Shown in pieces: positions 38,369-47,230 of a DNA stretch of 64,000 bases. The position numbers were made by a program, and so were the translations under genes. The stretch is from positions 1,308 through 65,307 of the forward strand of contig CAWJHZ010000005.1 in the NCBI GenBank assembly GCA_963842845.1. Direction: 5' to 3'. Source of the DNA: an uncultured Chloroflexia bacterium. GTDB taxonomy: Bacteria; Chloroflexota; Dehalococcoidia; DSTF01; JALHUB01. The notes under the pieces were generated by a model. That model saw nothing but the letters and a program-made list of their open reading frames with translations, searched no databases and had not been told where the DNA came from. Positions within the stretch are counted from its first letter, which is position 1. Each line of letters starts with the position of its first letter.

Positions 38369-39132
38369 AGTGTCAGTTTCCCGTCTAACGCCCGTCGTTT
38401 GCCAACGGGGAATAAAAGATGGTCACATTTTATGGCTGTCGCAAGATGCGGTTTAATCCCGAGTTCCCTGTTTAAACGGTCGCAGAAATAGAAATCCTCT
38501 GACATCTGCAACAATGGTTTCCCGGTGTTTTCATCCTTTCGAGTTAGCCCCCATTGGAAATAGGGTTTATTCGGGTTGCTTGCATCGAGTTTCTTAAATA
38601 ACTCTGTTTTTATCAAAAGACATCCTGCGCCCACGACATCAACTTCTACAAGAGCGTTTTTATCAAGATATGGTTTAAGCTCATTCTCAATGCTTTTATA
38701 ACTAACCATATTTTTGTTGAGGTCTTCGCCTATTTTCGCCCAGGCGCATGGCATTGGTGTCTCCTCATGTTTCTTCGCCCAGTACAATCCTGATATCAAG
38801 GGTTTGTTTTGCTGATTGGCCAGTTGAATAAGTTGAATTACTGCATCACGAGGGGGAACTACATCTGTATCAATAAAGTAAATCCATTCAGGGTTATGTG
38901 CTTTCAATATCTCCTGTACCACCATGTTCCGTGAGCAATCATATGGCATGTTGCTCCCATGAAAATACACATGGTTCCATGGTATGTTCAGATATCTGAA
39001 ACTTAATGCCCATTCCATGGTCACGATGCCAGTGTGAATGATGCCTAACCCAAGAACGGGGTTAACGCCTCCTCCCCCTTGTACGCTTGGTGTTGGTCCT
39101 GATAAAACCCCTGGTGTCTCCCAAAAAGCCAT
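38365..39132 (-). CDS. GT-A fold glycosyltransferase (DxD-type)
   Basis: IYFIDTDVV (DxD) ... SEDFYFCDRL, as seen in GT-A enzymes. Family unassigned. Confidence 0.5.
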   Translation of the reverse strand: MAFWETPGVLSGPTPSVQGGGGVNPVLGLGIIHTGIVTMEWALSFRYLNIPWNHVYFHGSNMPYDCSRNMVVQEILKAHNPEWIYFIDTDVVPPRDAVIQLIQLANQQNKPLISGLYWAKKHEETPMPCAWAKIGEDLNKNMVSYKSIENELKPYLDKNALVEVDVVGAGCLLIKTELFKKLDASNPNKPYFQWGLTRKDENTGKPLLQMSEDFYFCDRLNRELGIKPHLATAIKCDHLLFPVGKRRALDGKLTL

Positions 39133-39181
39133 AATTATGTCACAATGACACAGAATAATAAAAGCATTAATAAATGTTTGT

Positions 39182-39607
39182 TTAAGATTGTACCTGAACC
39201 ATCTCGCAGAGATATGTTATAGGGCTTCCGCTTGTCTCCGCTGCTGCTCGAATATACCCGAGGTTTAATGGTTGTAACTTTATTTCTTCTCCAGGTCCGA
39301 TGAATAATCCTCTGCCACTTGCAATAATGCCACTACCAATATATGGTCTATATGGGGTAGCGCCGCCTATCCATATTCCTCGTAAAGTATCCCCTGAGTT
39401 CACGAAAAAATTATGAGATTGAATGCCTGATGCAAAAATCATTGGTACTTTTACGACAACATTATTGACTACAAACCCTGATGTCTGTAGACCACTTCCT
39501 ATCGCCTGTCCACCGCTTGCGCTCGTTATCAGCACTGTTTCTGCTTTAATTATATTCCCTTCACCAATTAACTGTATTTTCTGCCTACCTTCAGCTATCA
39601 TCACCAT
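39182..39607 (-). CDS. hypothetical Gly/Ser-rich beta-protein with the conserved leader; start of the small-gene operon
   Basis: AAGGTGATTAAAAATG leader; 141 aa. Confidence 0.45.
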   Translation of the reverse strand: MVMIAEGRQKIQLIGEGNIIKAETVLITSASGGQAIGSGLQTSGFVVNNVVVKVPMIFASGIQSHNFFVNSGDTLRGIWIGGATPYRPYIGSGIIASGRGLFIGPGEEIKLQPLNLGYIRAAAETSGSPITYLCEMVQVQS

Positions 39608-39609
39608 TT

Positions 39610-39834
39610 TTAATCACCTTTTTTAACTGGCATTTTTTTTCTATCTATATTTCTTTTTATTATGAAAACAGGTAATTCTCCTGTTGTTGTAATATATGTA
39701 CCATCATCATTTTCTCTCATGTGACGAACTAATATTTTTGCTGGTTTCGGGAAATCAACGCCATCTACGTTCTGCCAATCTCTATTATGTTCTTTGTCTT
39801 TCTTCACATCTGGTTTAAGTTTATCAGAGTCCAT
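39610..39834 (-). CDS. hypothetical basic protein, 74 aa
   Basis: Tightly packed ORF in the operon. Confidence 0.4.
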   Translation of the reverse strand: MDSDKLKPDVKKDKEHNRDWQNVDGVDFPKPAKILVRHMRENDDGTYITTTGELPVFIIKRNIDRKKMPVKKGD

Positions 39835-40096
39835 ATACTACTTTCTCCTGAATCATATACGCTACTAAATTCAGCCCGTCCGTAGTCTCAAGATAATTCC
39901 CTCGTGGTAAACTTGGATATGGATTATCGAGAATCATATTCCATGCGAGTATTAGACAAAATGTTGCATCATATACTATTCCTTTTGTAAAATTAAGTTC
40001 AGCTCTCCCATATCCTGATGTTGTTCCGAAATAATCATCGTTTATTGGGATGTACGTCGCAGCGACATCATATGACGGACATTTATAGAGTTGCAT
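39824..40096 (-). CDS. hypothetical protein, 90 aa
   Basis: ORF in the operon. Confidence 0.4.
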   Translation of the reverse strand: MQLYKCPSYDVAATYIPINDDYFGTTSGYGRAELNFTKGIVYDATFCLILAWNMILDNPYPSLPRGNYLETTDGLNLVAYMIQEKVVYGL

Positions 40097-40109
40097 AATA
40101 ATTAAATTA

Positions 40110-40376
40110 TTACTTTGTGAAGTGGCGATTATCTTTTGGATATAATGATGGTCTGGTTCCCAATAGAATGGGTCTAAACTTGGTGTTGGGGGAGGGCAAC
40201 AATGCTATTCCAACCATATTCGGCCAGTCATATGAGTAATTTGCGAACAATGCACCAGGGAGGTTAAATACATGTCTTCTTTGATGTGACCGTATCGTTG
40301 TAGCTGTTGCATACTCCACATTTTCAGAATAATCCACTCTACCTGTTCCAACTGATGATACAAGCGTCATACTCAT
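40110..40376 (-). CDS. hypothetical protein, 88 aa
   Basis: ORF in the operon. Confidence 0.4.
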   Translation of the reverse strand: MSMTLVSSVGTGRVDYSENVEYATATTIRSHQRRHVFNLPGALFANYSYDWPNMVGIALLPSPNTKFRPILLGTRPSLYPKDNRHFTK

Positions 40377-40771
40377 CCTATTCTCAGATAATATTCTTTT
40401 TCTGCAGTATACATTCCATTCATGGATACATCAACATCAATAATTTTATCACTATAATTGGAGAGTATTAATCGTATTGTCTTAAAAAATGGGAAACCTG
40501 CTGGGATGTTTTGATAAACGCTTGTATATCCTGCTCCATATGTTACATCAGCAATAGTTCCATCTGTTCCAATCGCTTGTACTTTAAGACCTGTGAGAAC
40601 ATGAGCAAAAGTGCAGAGCCTAAAATCATAGACAAAAACAACACTATCTAATGGTATGTCAACATCAACAGTGATATCAGTTAATGGGGGGAAATCTATA
40701 TATTCAGAAAAATATTTATATAACTGTTGATAACTCCTTATGACGGGTTCTACGATATACTCGATGTTCAT
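40373..40771 (-). CDS. hypothetical protein, about 132 aa, preceded by the shared 40-bp leader
   Basis: ATG at 40769-40771 directly follows a leader copy identical to the one upstream of 22769-23035. Confidence 0.45.
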   Translation of the reverse strand: MNIEYIVEPVIRSYQQLYKYFSEYIDFPPLTDITVDVDIPLDSVVFVYDFRLCTFAHVLTGLKVQAIGTDGTIADVTYGAGYTSVYQNIPAGFPFFKTIRLILSNYSDKIIDVDVSMNGMYTAEKEYYLRIG

Positions 40772-40812
40772 TGAATAATCTTTTCTTCCTGTTCCTCGTG
40801 CCTCAACCGTCG

Positions 40813-41154
40813 TCATTTGTTTTCCCCTTCACCTTTCCCATCTATATGCATCGTAACAGTAATAGTATGTGCATTTGTATCATCGTGATTAAGTAATACC
40901 ACTTGAATCATCTCATTAATATCAACATCTATGTTCATTGCAAATGTGCCTGTGAAATCATCTAATGCTAAAGGGTCTGGGGGGAAAGGAAAAATCTGTT
41001 GAGTTCCTTTTTGAATAACAGCATCAACTAAACCGTTACATCCTGCGGGGTAATGAAAAAGAAGCCGTGTTATTTTCCCCGTTATTGGAGAGCATTTTGT
41101 CTGTGTTGTACTCGTTAAGAGCGGGACTGTTTGTCTATATACCATTTCTTCCAT
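40813..41154 (-). CDS. hypothetical protein, 113 aa
   Basis: GAGGT RBS; ORF. Confidence 0.45.
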   Translation of the reverse strand: MEEMVYRQTVPLLTSTTQTKCSPITGKITRLLFHYPAGCNGLVDAVIQKGTQQIFPFPPDPLALDDFTGTFAMNIDVDINEMIQVVLLNHDDTNAHTITVTMHIDGKGEGENK

Positions 41155-41213
41155 TTTTTTCCGACCTCGGTAAAAAGAAATAGAGTGGTAAGTTATTAAA
41201 ACTTACCATGATT

Positions 41214-41657
41214 TTATTCGTATGGCTGTGGGTCGATTTGTATGACTGCTGTTACTGTGCCGCCTAGCTGTGAGCCACCGCTTACCATGACGATGCCGCT
41301 TACATATGGTCCGAGTGCTGGTTCTAATTTGACGATGAAGCTACCACCCAATGCTTGACCACTTGAGATGATGTAATCAACAGCGTAAGCGTTTCCTGAT
41401 ATTTGGAAACCTGATTGTGCGGTTGCGGCATCAGCCCATATCAGTTCAACAGGGTAAATACCGCTTTTATTTGTAACGATGAACTCTTTTAGATACGCGA
41501 CTTTACCGCTTGCTACAGGGAATATCCCTGAGCCGGGGAACTCTCCGCTGATGAATGTTTTCGTTGCATATTGAATCGACCGTAATGAATCAAGAGGGAC
41601 GACAAATGCGCCTTCTTTTGTTCTTACTTGTTGTCTCTCATATTCTACTTCTCCCAT
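41214..41657 (-). CDS. hypothetical beta-rich protein, 147 aa
   Basis: GAGGAGGTG RBS. Confidence 0.45.
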   Translation of the reverse strand: MGEVEYERQQVRTKEGAFVVPLDSLRSIQYATKTFISGEFPGSGIFPVASGKVAYLKEFIVTNKSGIYPVELIWADAATAQSGFQISGNAYAVDYIISSGQALGGSFIVKLEPALGPYVSGIVMVSGGSQLGGTVTAVIQIDPQPYE

Positions 41658-41660
41658 TGT

Positions 41661-42350
41661 TTACACCTCCTCGGGTAAAACCATGTATTGCTGGTAGTCT
41701 TCAAGCATCCAATTTGGTGCTTTAATAGGTCGGTCTCCGTCACCCATTGTTCTGATATGCGCTGGTTTCTCTTTATGGAGATATTGCAGTATCTTTGGTT
41801 TTTCTCTGATGACTTTGTAAGAATAAATGTTGATGTAGAATGCGACAGCGATATTGATTGATTTTCCTGTTATCGGAGGATTCTCAGCGTTGAAATGCGG
41901 GTAGAGGTCATGTACTGTCCAGAGTTCTGTCTCTGGCGCAGGGTCGTCGTAGAGTGAGGAGTTTCCATCCCAATAACCAAATGCCCCAGGAACCGGTCGT
42001 GGAACGATAAGGTTCATCCGGTCTACTCGTTGTGTGTATTGGAGATAGATTTTCGCTTGGGTTGGAGAGATGCCTGTGAAGAACTGATAAATGTATTCTT
42101 CTTCTCGTGGCTCAAGATATCGTCTTGCTGAGGCATCTGTTGGGGTCTGCCAGTTGCTTGTGCCTCCTGCGGCTATTGGTGCTACTAACCCTGTGGTGGT
42201 ATCAATAAACTCATATGGTTTATATCTAGTAAGTTGCTGTTTGCGCAATATCTGTACAAACCAGTATCCTTCATCAAAAAGAAGCCCCACAGTATAGTTT
42301 TCTTTTGGTATAAACTCTTTTTCTTCTATTTCCATCATAGTATTTTTCAC
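41661..42350 (-). CDS. hypothetical protein, 229 aa
   Basis: AGGTGAAAAATACTATG leader. Confidence 0.45.
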   Translation of the reverse strand: MKNTMMEIEEKEFIPKENYTVGLLFDEGYWFVQILRKQQLTRYKPYEFIDTTTGLVAPIAAGGTSNWQTPTDASARRYLEPREEEYIYQFFTGISPTQAKIYLQYTQRVDRMNLIVPRPVPGAFGYWDGNSSLYDDPAPETELWTVHDLYPHFNAENPPITGKSINIAVAFYINIYSYKVIREKPKILQYLHKEKPAHIRTMGDGDRPIKAPNWMLEDYQQYMVLPEEV

Positions 42351-42404
42351 CTTCTATATATATCTACAGGTGTTTTTTAAAGGAAAGAGACTAAGGCTTT
42401 CGCC

Positions 42405-42881
42405 TTAGTAGATACTTCCGAATGCGATGATGTCGACTCTGCCAGAGTTTGCTACAAGCGTTCCTGATGCCCAGCACATTGCACCGGACATAAAGAACCC
42501 GCTGTTACCCTGGATTAATGCATAGTGGATGAGAGCAACGTTTCCGCTGATTCCACCAATACCTGATTCAACATTTGCGTAGGTTGCCTGGTCACATGCT
42601 GCTTGCAGGTTCGGGTTTTTCGGTGTCACAAATATCTTGTGAACCTCACTCAGTTCAGGAATACGGATGCATCCCCAACCTGAGTCGTTGATGGGTTGAA
42701 CATCAACATCACCTGACTCGAACCAGTAGCCGCTTGCTCCTGCATCGCTAGAACCGCAGATACCAGAATAGATGACTTTTGTTCCAGCCCAGACCAATGC
42801 GAGGTCCGCCTTGCTGACGACAACGACATCTTCTTCTGTTCCTTTTGTGACTGCACCTGATGTTTTAATCGGCCATGCCAT
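42405..42881 (-). CDS. hypothetical beta-rich protein, 158 aa; candidate small structural protein
   Basis: AGAGGTGAAGAAAAATG leader; Gly/Ser-rich beta composition. Confidence 0.45.
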   Translation of the reverse strand: MAWPIKTSGAVTKGTEEDVVVVSKADLALVWAGTKVIYSGICGSSDAGASGYWFESGDVDVQPINDSGWGCIRIPELSEVHKIFVTPKNPNLQAACDQATYANVESGIGGISGNVALIHYALIQGNSGFFMSGAMCWASGTLVANSGRVDIIAFGSIY

Positions 42882-42907
42882 TTTTCTTCACCTCTAAGTA
42901 ACTCCAA

Positions 42908-43639
42908 TTACACTGAGGCTGTGACTGTGACTGCAACTTGGTTAGTATTTGCTGCGTAGCTTGTTGCGTTCAGGAAAGCACCTTGTCCGATGGTGAATCC
43001 ACCAAGCCGTGGTTCAGTGACCCCGGGGGCAAGGAATCCGAGTGCGACAAGGACATCCATGTTCTTTAACCAGAATGTTGTCGGTAATGGAATGAGATTT
43101 GTACCTGTCTGATAGTCTCGCAATCGTGCGGCTCGGACATCATAATGGAGGATGTTTGTACGTCCGATATCCATCTTGATTGTCTGTATCTTCGGACATG
43201 CGTTTTCCTCGACGATGTACATTGGGTAGACGGCATAGGTGGTGGCGATGTTAAACGCGGTTGTTGCGGTTGTCGGACTATGAATCCAGTTCTCCAATCC
43301 CACAGTGTTTGCTTCCTTCCGGCAGTCATGCTTCCATTTCCAGACATTATCTGCCTCGGGAACCGCACCATTCACCAATCCGACATGTCCCGGTCTGATT
43401 GGGCTTATTCCAATTTCACTGTTACCACAGTTGAAACCACCAAACTTGAGTTCATCAAGGGCGTTCTTTGCTACTGCGGCGAATAGTTTTACGGTTTCAA
43501 ATTTACTGCCTATGAATTGGCGCTCGAAACCCCAGCTTGGGATATAGAGGTCATTCCATTGACCTACTAAAAGGTTCATCTCATCTGGTGTTAAGTCGGT
43601 TTGCGCAAATTCCTCGTTTTGGATTGCTAATCTTACCAT
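42908..43639 (-). CDS. hypothetical beta-rich protein, 243 aa; candidate structural protein and first gene of the operon
   Basis: TATA-like TTATATAC about 45 nt upstream, then the AAGGTGAAGTAATG leader. Confidence 0.45.
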   Translation of the reverse strand: MVRLAIQNEEFAQTDLTPDEMNLLVGQWNDLYIPSWGFERQFIGSKFETVKLFAAVAKNALDELKFGGFNCGNSEIGISPIRPGHVGLVNGAVPEADNVWKWKHDCRKEANTVGLENWIHSPTTATTAFNIATTYAVYPMYIVEENACPKIQTIKMDIGRTNILHYDVRAARLRDYQTGTNLIPLPTTFWLKNMDVLVALGFLAPGVTEPRLGGFTIGQGAFLNATSYAANTNQVAVTVTASV

Positions 43640-43750
43640 TACTTCACCTTGAGAAAAACAATTTCATCGAAAGTATATAATGGTTGTTGTCTCGATACAT
43701 TACTTGTGTATACAGAAACAGTTAAATAATATAGTATTGATTTATACAAT

Positions 43751-43921
43751 ATGACTAAAAAATTTGCAACAATTCTTGTAAATGTTAAACTCCCTGATGA
43801 CATTGTAAAAAAAATGGATTCCCTCATCGAAAAACATGAATTTGATACCCGCTCAAGCCTCATTAGAAAAGCTGTTGTTGAATATCTAAAAAAATATGAA
43901 GAAAAAACATTAATATCTTAG
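43751..43921 (+). CDS. ribbon-helix-helix (CopG-like) transcription regulator, 56 aa; not in the ORF track
   Basis: MTKKFATILVNVKLPDDIVKKMDSLIEKHEFDTRSSLIRKAVVEYL fits the classic beta-strand plus two helices. It is divergent from the structural-like operon. Confidence 0.55.
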   Translation: MTKKFATILVNVKLPDDIVKKMDSLIEKHEFDTRSSLIRKAVVEYLKKYEEKTLIS

Positions 43922-44196
43922 AAAAATTCCAGATGGCTTTAGAGTATTATGTAGAAATTGCAACTGGATAGAGAGATTAAAAATGATTAAAAAATGACAC
44001 TTTGACATAATCTTTAAATAGTGATAAAGTAATTATTCCCCATGGCTGAAACTGTGAGACCAACGAATGTCGACCGTGAGAAATATGTCTCTTTTGTGAA
44101 TAACTGCCGGAGCAATGATAAAAACATTCGTTTTGAGTTAGAAAGTCTCCTTGATTCTTATAATAAAAAAAATAAAAAATAAATTGGTGAAATGTT

Positions 44197-44625
44197 TTAA
44201 GCGATGATAACGCCAGATGATACTCGCCCTAAGCCTGTGCCTTCATACCCTGGCACTTTACTGGTGACGTACCACGGGTTGTTGACTTGTGTATAATATC
44301 CTTGTGTCGCTACTGTTTTCATCGGGGCAGCTCGTGATGTCATTGCGTATGCGCAAGGCCAAATATATTGAAGGATTCCGTAGATGATTGCTGGAACACT
44401 ATATGCCATGATAAATGTGTTTACATTGTCTTTTTTAATAAGTTTCGTGAAAAATGCAGCAATGAGACCGATACCACCTGTTGCTATCGGGATTAACACT
44501 GATGGTCTAAACCCGAAGATGCTTGGGTATTGTGGGTCAAGATATTTTGCTATTAATGTTGGAACAAGGATGCCTGTTCCTGCTCCCGCTCCTATCACGG
44601 CTAATTGTTTTTTATAGGGGTCCAT
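44197..44625 (-). CDS. small membrane protein; paralogue A of a tandem pair
   Basis: MDPYKKQLAVIGAGAGTGILV...; 3-4 TM segments; paralogous to 44651-45076. Confidence 0.5.
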   Translation of the reverse strand: MDPYKKQLAVIGAGAGTGILVPTLIAKYLDPQYPSIFGFRPSVLIPIATGGIGLIAAFFTKLIKKDNVNTFIMAYSVPAIIYGILQYIWPCAYAMTSRAAPMKTVATQGYYTQVNNPWYVTSKVPGYEGTGLGRVSSGVIIA

Positions 44626-44650
44626 AGATTTTACCTTCTATGTTTTTTTT

Positions 44651-45076
44651 TTAAGCGACGATGGTTTTATTGGAGATGCCTGTTGGTGTTTGCATTCCAT
44701 TCCCCAGGACGGGGGTTACTGCCGCCGACCGGACTATTTGCCGATTGGTCGACATTCTAAGTCCAGCGCCAGGGGTTGATTCGACAAACCCGGTGATTAA
44801 GGAACTGAACAGTGCGGCGAACCCGTACATTGCAAGTGAGTCGTTTATGAATGCATGTTTTCGGGATATCCAGTCTGTGAATTGTGTGATAACTAAGGAT
44901 GCTGCACCAGTAACAAGTGGTACAAACACATGGTATGTTCCCCAGACTCCGAGTGTGTTGAGATATGGTACTTGTGTGCCAATCATTGGCTCAACGTATT
45001 TTTTCAAAACAGGGCTCATTATTGCACCGACGCTAGCGCCGGCACCCATCGCTAAAATTCTTTTCTCAAAGCGCAT
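44651..45076 (-). CDS. small membrane protein; paralogue B of a tandem pair
   Basis: MRFEKRILAMGAGASVGAIM...; doubled GGTGAA leader. Confidence 0.5.
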   Translation of the reverse strand: MRFEKRILAMGAGASVGAIMSPVLKKYVEPMIGTQVPYLNTLGVWGTYHVFVPLVTGAASLVITQFTDWISRKHAFINDSLAMYGFAALFSSLITGFVESTPGAGLRMSTNRQIVRSAAVTPVLGNGMQTPTGISNKTIVA

Positions 45077-45155
45077 TTTTATTTCACCTTTGGTTTTACT
45101 TCACCTTATACTAAGAATAAATTAAACAGTATTTAAAACTTTCTTGTCATTCAAT

Positions 45156-45461
45156 TTATCGACCGCGAATGGCACTTGCTGTTCGTTGACCAGCTGCACC
45201 AAGGACGCTTCTTCCTGTCGCTGTCGCAAATAAGGCAACAAGAATGCCGCCGACAATCATGCCGCCCACAAAACTTCCCCAATCGAAACCAAGTTTCTGT
45301 GTCTGTCCATTCATGCTGGTTGTATATTGCTGAGTTGGAGTTTGTTGAATTTCTTGAGAATAGGGATAATGTACATCTTGTCCTGGTTGCGACCTCCCTA
45401 TGATATCACGTCCCATGATGCTTGGGTTGTCAACAACAACACCACAATTACTGCATACCAT
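45156..45461 (-). CDS. hypothetical protein with a C-terminal TM anchor, 101 aa
   Basis: Conserved leader; hydrophobic WGSFVGGMIVGGILVALFATA. Confidence 0.45.
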   Translation of the reverse strand: MVCSNCGVVVDNPSIMGRDIIGRSQPGQDVHYPYSQEIQQTPTQQYTTSMNGQTQKLGFDWGSFVGGMIVGGILVALFATATGRSVLGAAGQRTASAIRGR

Positions 45462-45503
45462 TTTTACTTCACCTTACTAAAGAAAATAAAATATCAGGTA
45501 TAT

Positions 45504-46340
45504 CTATTTTTTCACTGCGAGATAAATAATCCCGACAACAAATACGATGGGGATGAGAATTGCGGGGTTGAATAATGTTTTTTGCTGTGCGATGCTATGA
45601 CAACTTGTTCCATCCCAGGTGCATCCTGCGGCTGTACAATCCGCTTCGTTTGTTATGTAGTCACATTGGGTTAATGCAACAAGACCATCTCGGTTATGGG
45701 CAAGCCACATGATGCAATCCTGCGATGACGGGTCGCCAGGGTTGTCATGATACCAGTAAGAAATCCAATCATTATATTTCTGTATAGATGCTTGAACTGC
45801 CTCAATAAAAGAACTGCCGTTGCTTAATGCAATCATAAGCTCATTTGCTGATTCGTAGAAACCTTTTGCATATTTATCTTGATATGGGTCTACATAAATA
45901 AAATTGTTATCTGTGTCTGTCTCCGCTATCCATGTCCATTCGACATTGAAACCAGCGTACGCGAGAGCCCCTTTTTTCATTATCATTGGGCCAAGAGAAT
46001 TTGCTGTAAGACAACTTAAAAGATAGACCATTCTCCCATTTAGATTATCACAGGAATTTGTATTCCAAATATCTTCTCTATGTTGAGCAGTAAAACGGTC
46101 GTTATTCCCATGACCGAAACCATAGATAACGCCAGGGTCGTTTGTAGCGATAGATGAGTAAACCGCCTCCTGGTTCGCCTGTTCATCAGCTAAATCAAAG
46201 GTTGCCCATTTTGTTTGAGCGTCTTGTTCAACATGTCCAACGGCATTAAAACCCTGGAGACATGTATCGCATGATTCCGCTGGAGAACAATCATCACAAC
46301 GCTTCGCTCGGATGAAAAGTATTTTACTCATATCAGGCAT
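45504..46340 (-). CDS. putative clan-CD-like cysteine peptidase with a C-terminal membrane anchor
   Basis: A hydrophobic block then His-Gly (VIYGFGHGN), and a hydrophobic block then Cys (MVYLLSCLTAN), fit the His/Cys dyad pattern of C11/C13/C25-type enzymes. C-terminal TM helix. Confidence 0.35.
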   Translation of the reverse strand: MPDMSKILFIRAKRCDDCSPAESCDTCLQGFNAVGHVEQDAQTKWATFDLADEQANQEAVYSSIATNDPGVIYGFGHGNNDRFTAQHREDIWNTNSCDNLNGRMVYLLSCLTANSLGPMIMKKGALAYAGFNVEWTWIAETDTDNNFIYVDPYQDKYAKGFYESANELMIALSNGSSFIEAVQASIQKYNDWISYWYHDNPGDPSSQDCIMWLAHNRDGLVALTQCDYITNEADCTAAGCTWDGTSCHSIAQQKTLFNPAILIPIVFVVGIIYLAVKK

Positions 46341-46350
46341 ATTTTACCTC

Positions 46351-47196
46351 TTAACTAGGTTTTGGAGGAAGATAATATTGTTGTTTTCTACTTAATAAGC
46401 CAGGGACTACTTTTGCTACAACATAGATACCAGCGACAGCTGCTACCCCTATAATAATTACATTGACTAGGTTTTTCCATGTTTGTTGGTCAAGTAATTT
46501 ATTATATAACGCTGTGGTATCAATCCCTTGTTGTTGTACACAAACTGATTTTCCGCAACTTGCTTGGTTAAACGTCTGCCCGGCTTGATTTAACGGGATA
46601 TCAATGATTTCTCCATTGTTTAATGTACGTCGCTCTAAAGTATCTCCAGTGGTATAGGTAGAATGTACTGCTCCTGTTCCACTATTTATAAATTCACGTT
46701 CTTTTATGTCTTGTGACTGTGCAGCTACATCATAGGCATGGATATTCGCATTTTGTTGATTAACTTGAACCCAAGAATTTGCAATTATCGCTAGAGCACC
46801 CACTAAAATAACGATACAAACAAGAACAATAATAAAAATAGGAATTGGTAACCCATGTATCATCGTCATTGTTATTTGTTCAGGGTTTTTAACTTGATTT
46901 AATTCTATCGGATGTCCCATGAAGATTGGTGCGCCATTGCTAGCTGTATCAATTTTTGTCCCAATCATACTATTTAATATTGTTGCTGATACTGTTGTTC
47001 CATCAGCAAGAGATAGCATCCCCCCTGTGGTAACAGGTTGTATAACATAAAAACGGTTTGATGTTAAAGTCTCTTGATGCGGTTGATTTATAAGTATTGT
47101 ACTGTTCGGTGCTTGATATACTGAGACATTTGTTTCAGTTGTGTAGGGATAGGCATAACCAAATGTAGTTGGTATAAGATATGGGTAGAGGGACAT
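46351..47196 (-). CDS. hypothetical membrane protein, 281 aa
   Basis: Conserved leader; internal TM helix IPIFIIVLVCIVILVGALAIIA and a C-terminal TM. Confidence 0.5.
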   Translation of the reverse strand: MSLYPYLIPTTFGYAYPYTTETNVSVYQAPNSTILINQPHQETLTSNRFYVIQPVTTGGMLSLADGTTVSATILNSMIGTKIDTASNGAPIFMGHPIELNQVKNPEQITMTMIHGLPIPIFIIVLVCIVILVGALAIIANSWVQVNQQNANIHAYDVAAQSQDIKEREFINSGTGAVHSTYTTGDTLERRTLNNGEIIDIPLNQAGQTFNQASCGKSVCVQQQGIDTTALYNKLLDQQTWKNLVNVIIIGVAAVAGIYVVAKVVPGLLSRKQQYYLPPKPS

Positions 47197-47230
47197 TTTA
47201 CTTCACCTTCTTTTGAATCATCTTATTTGT

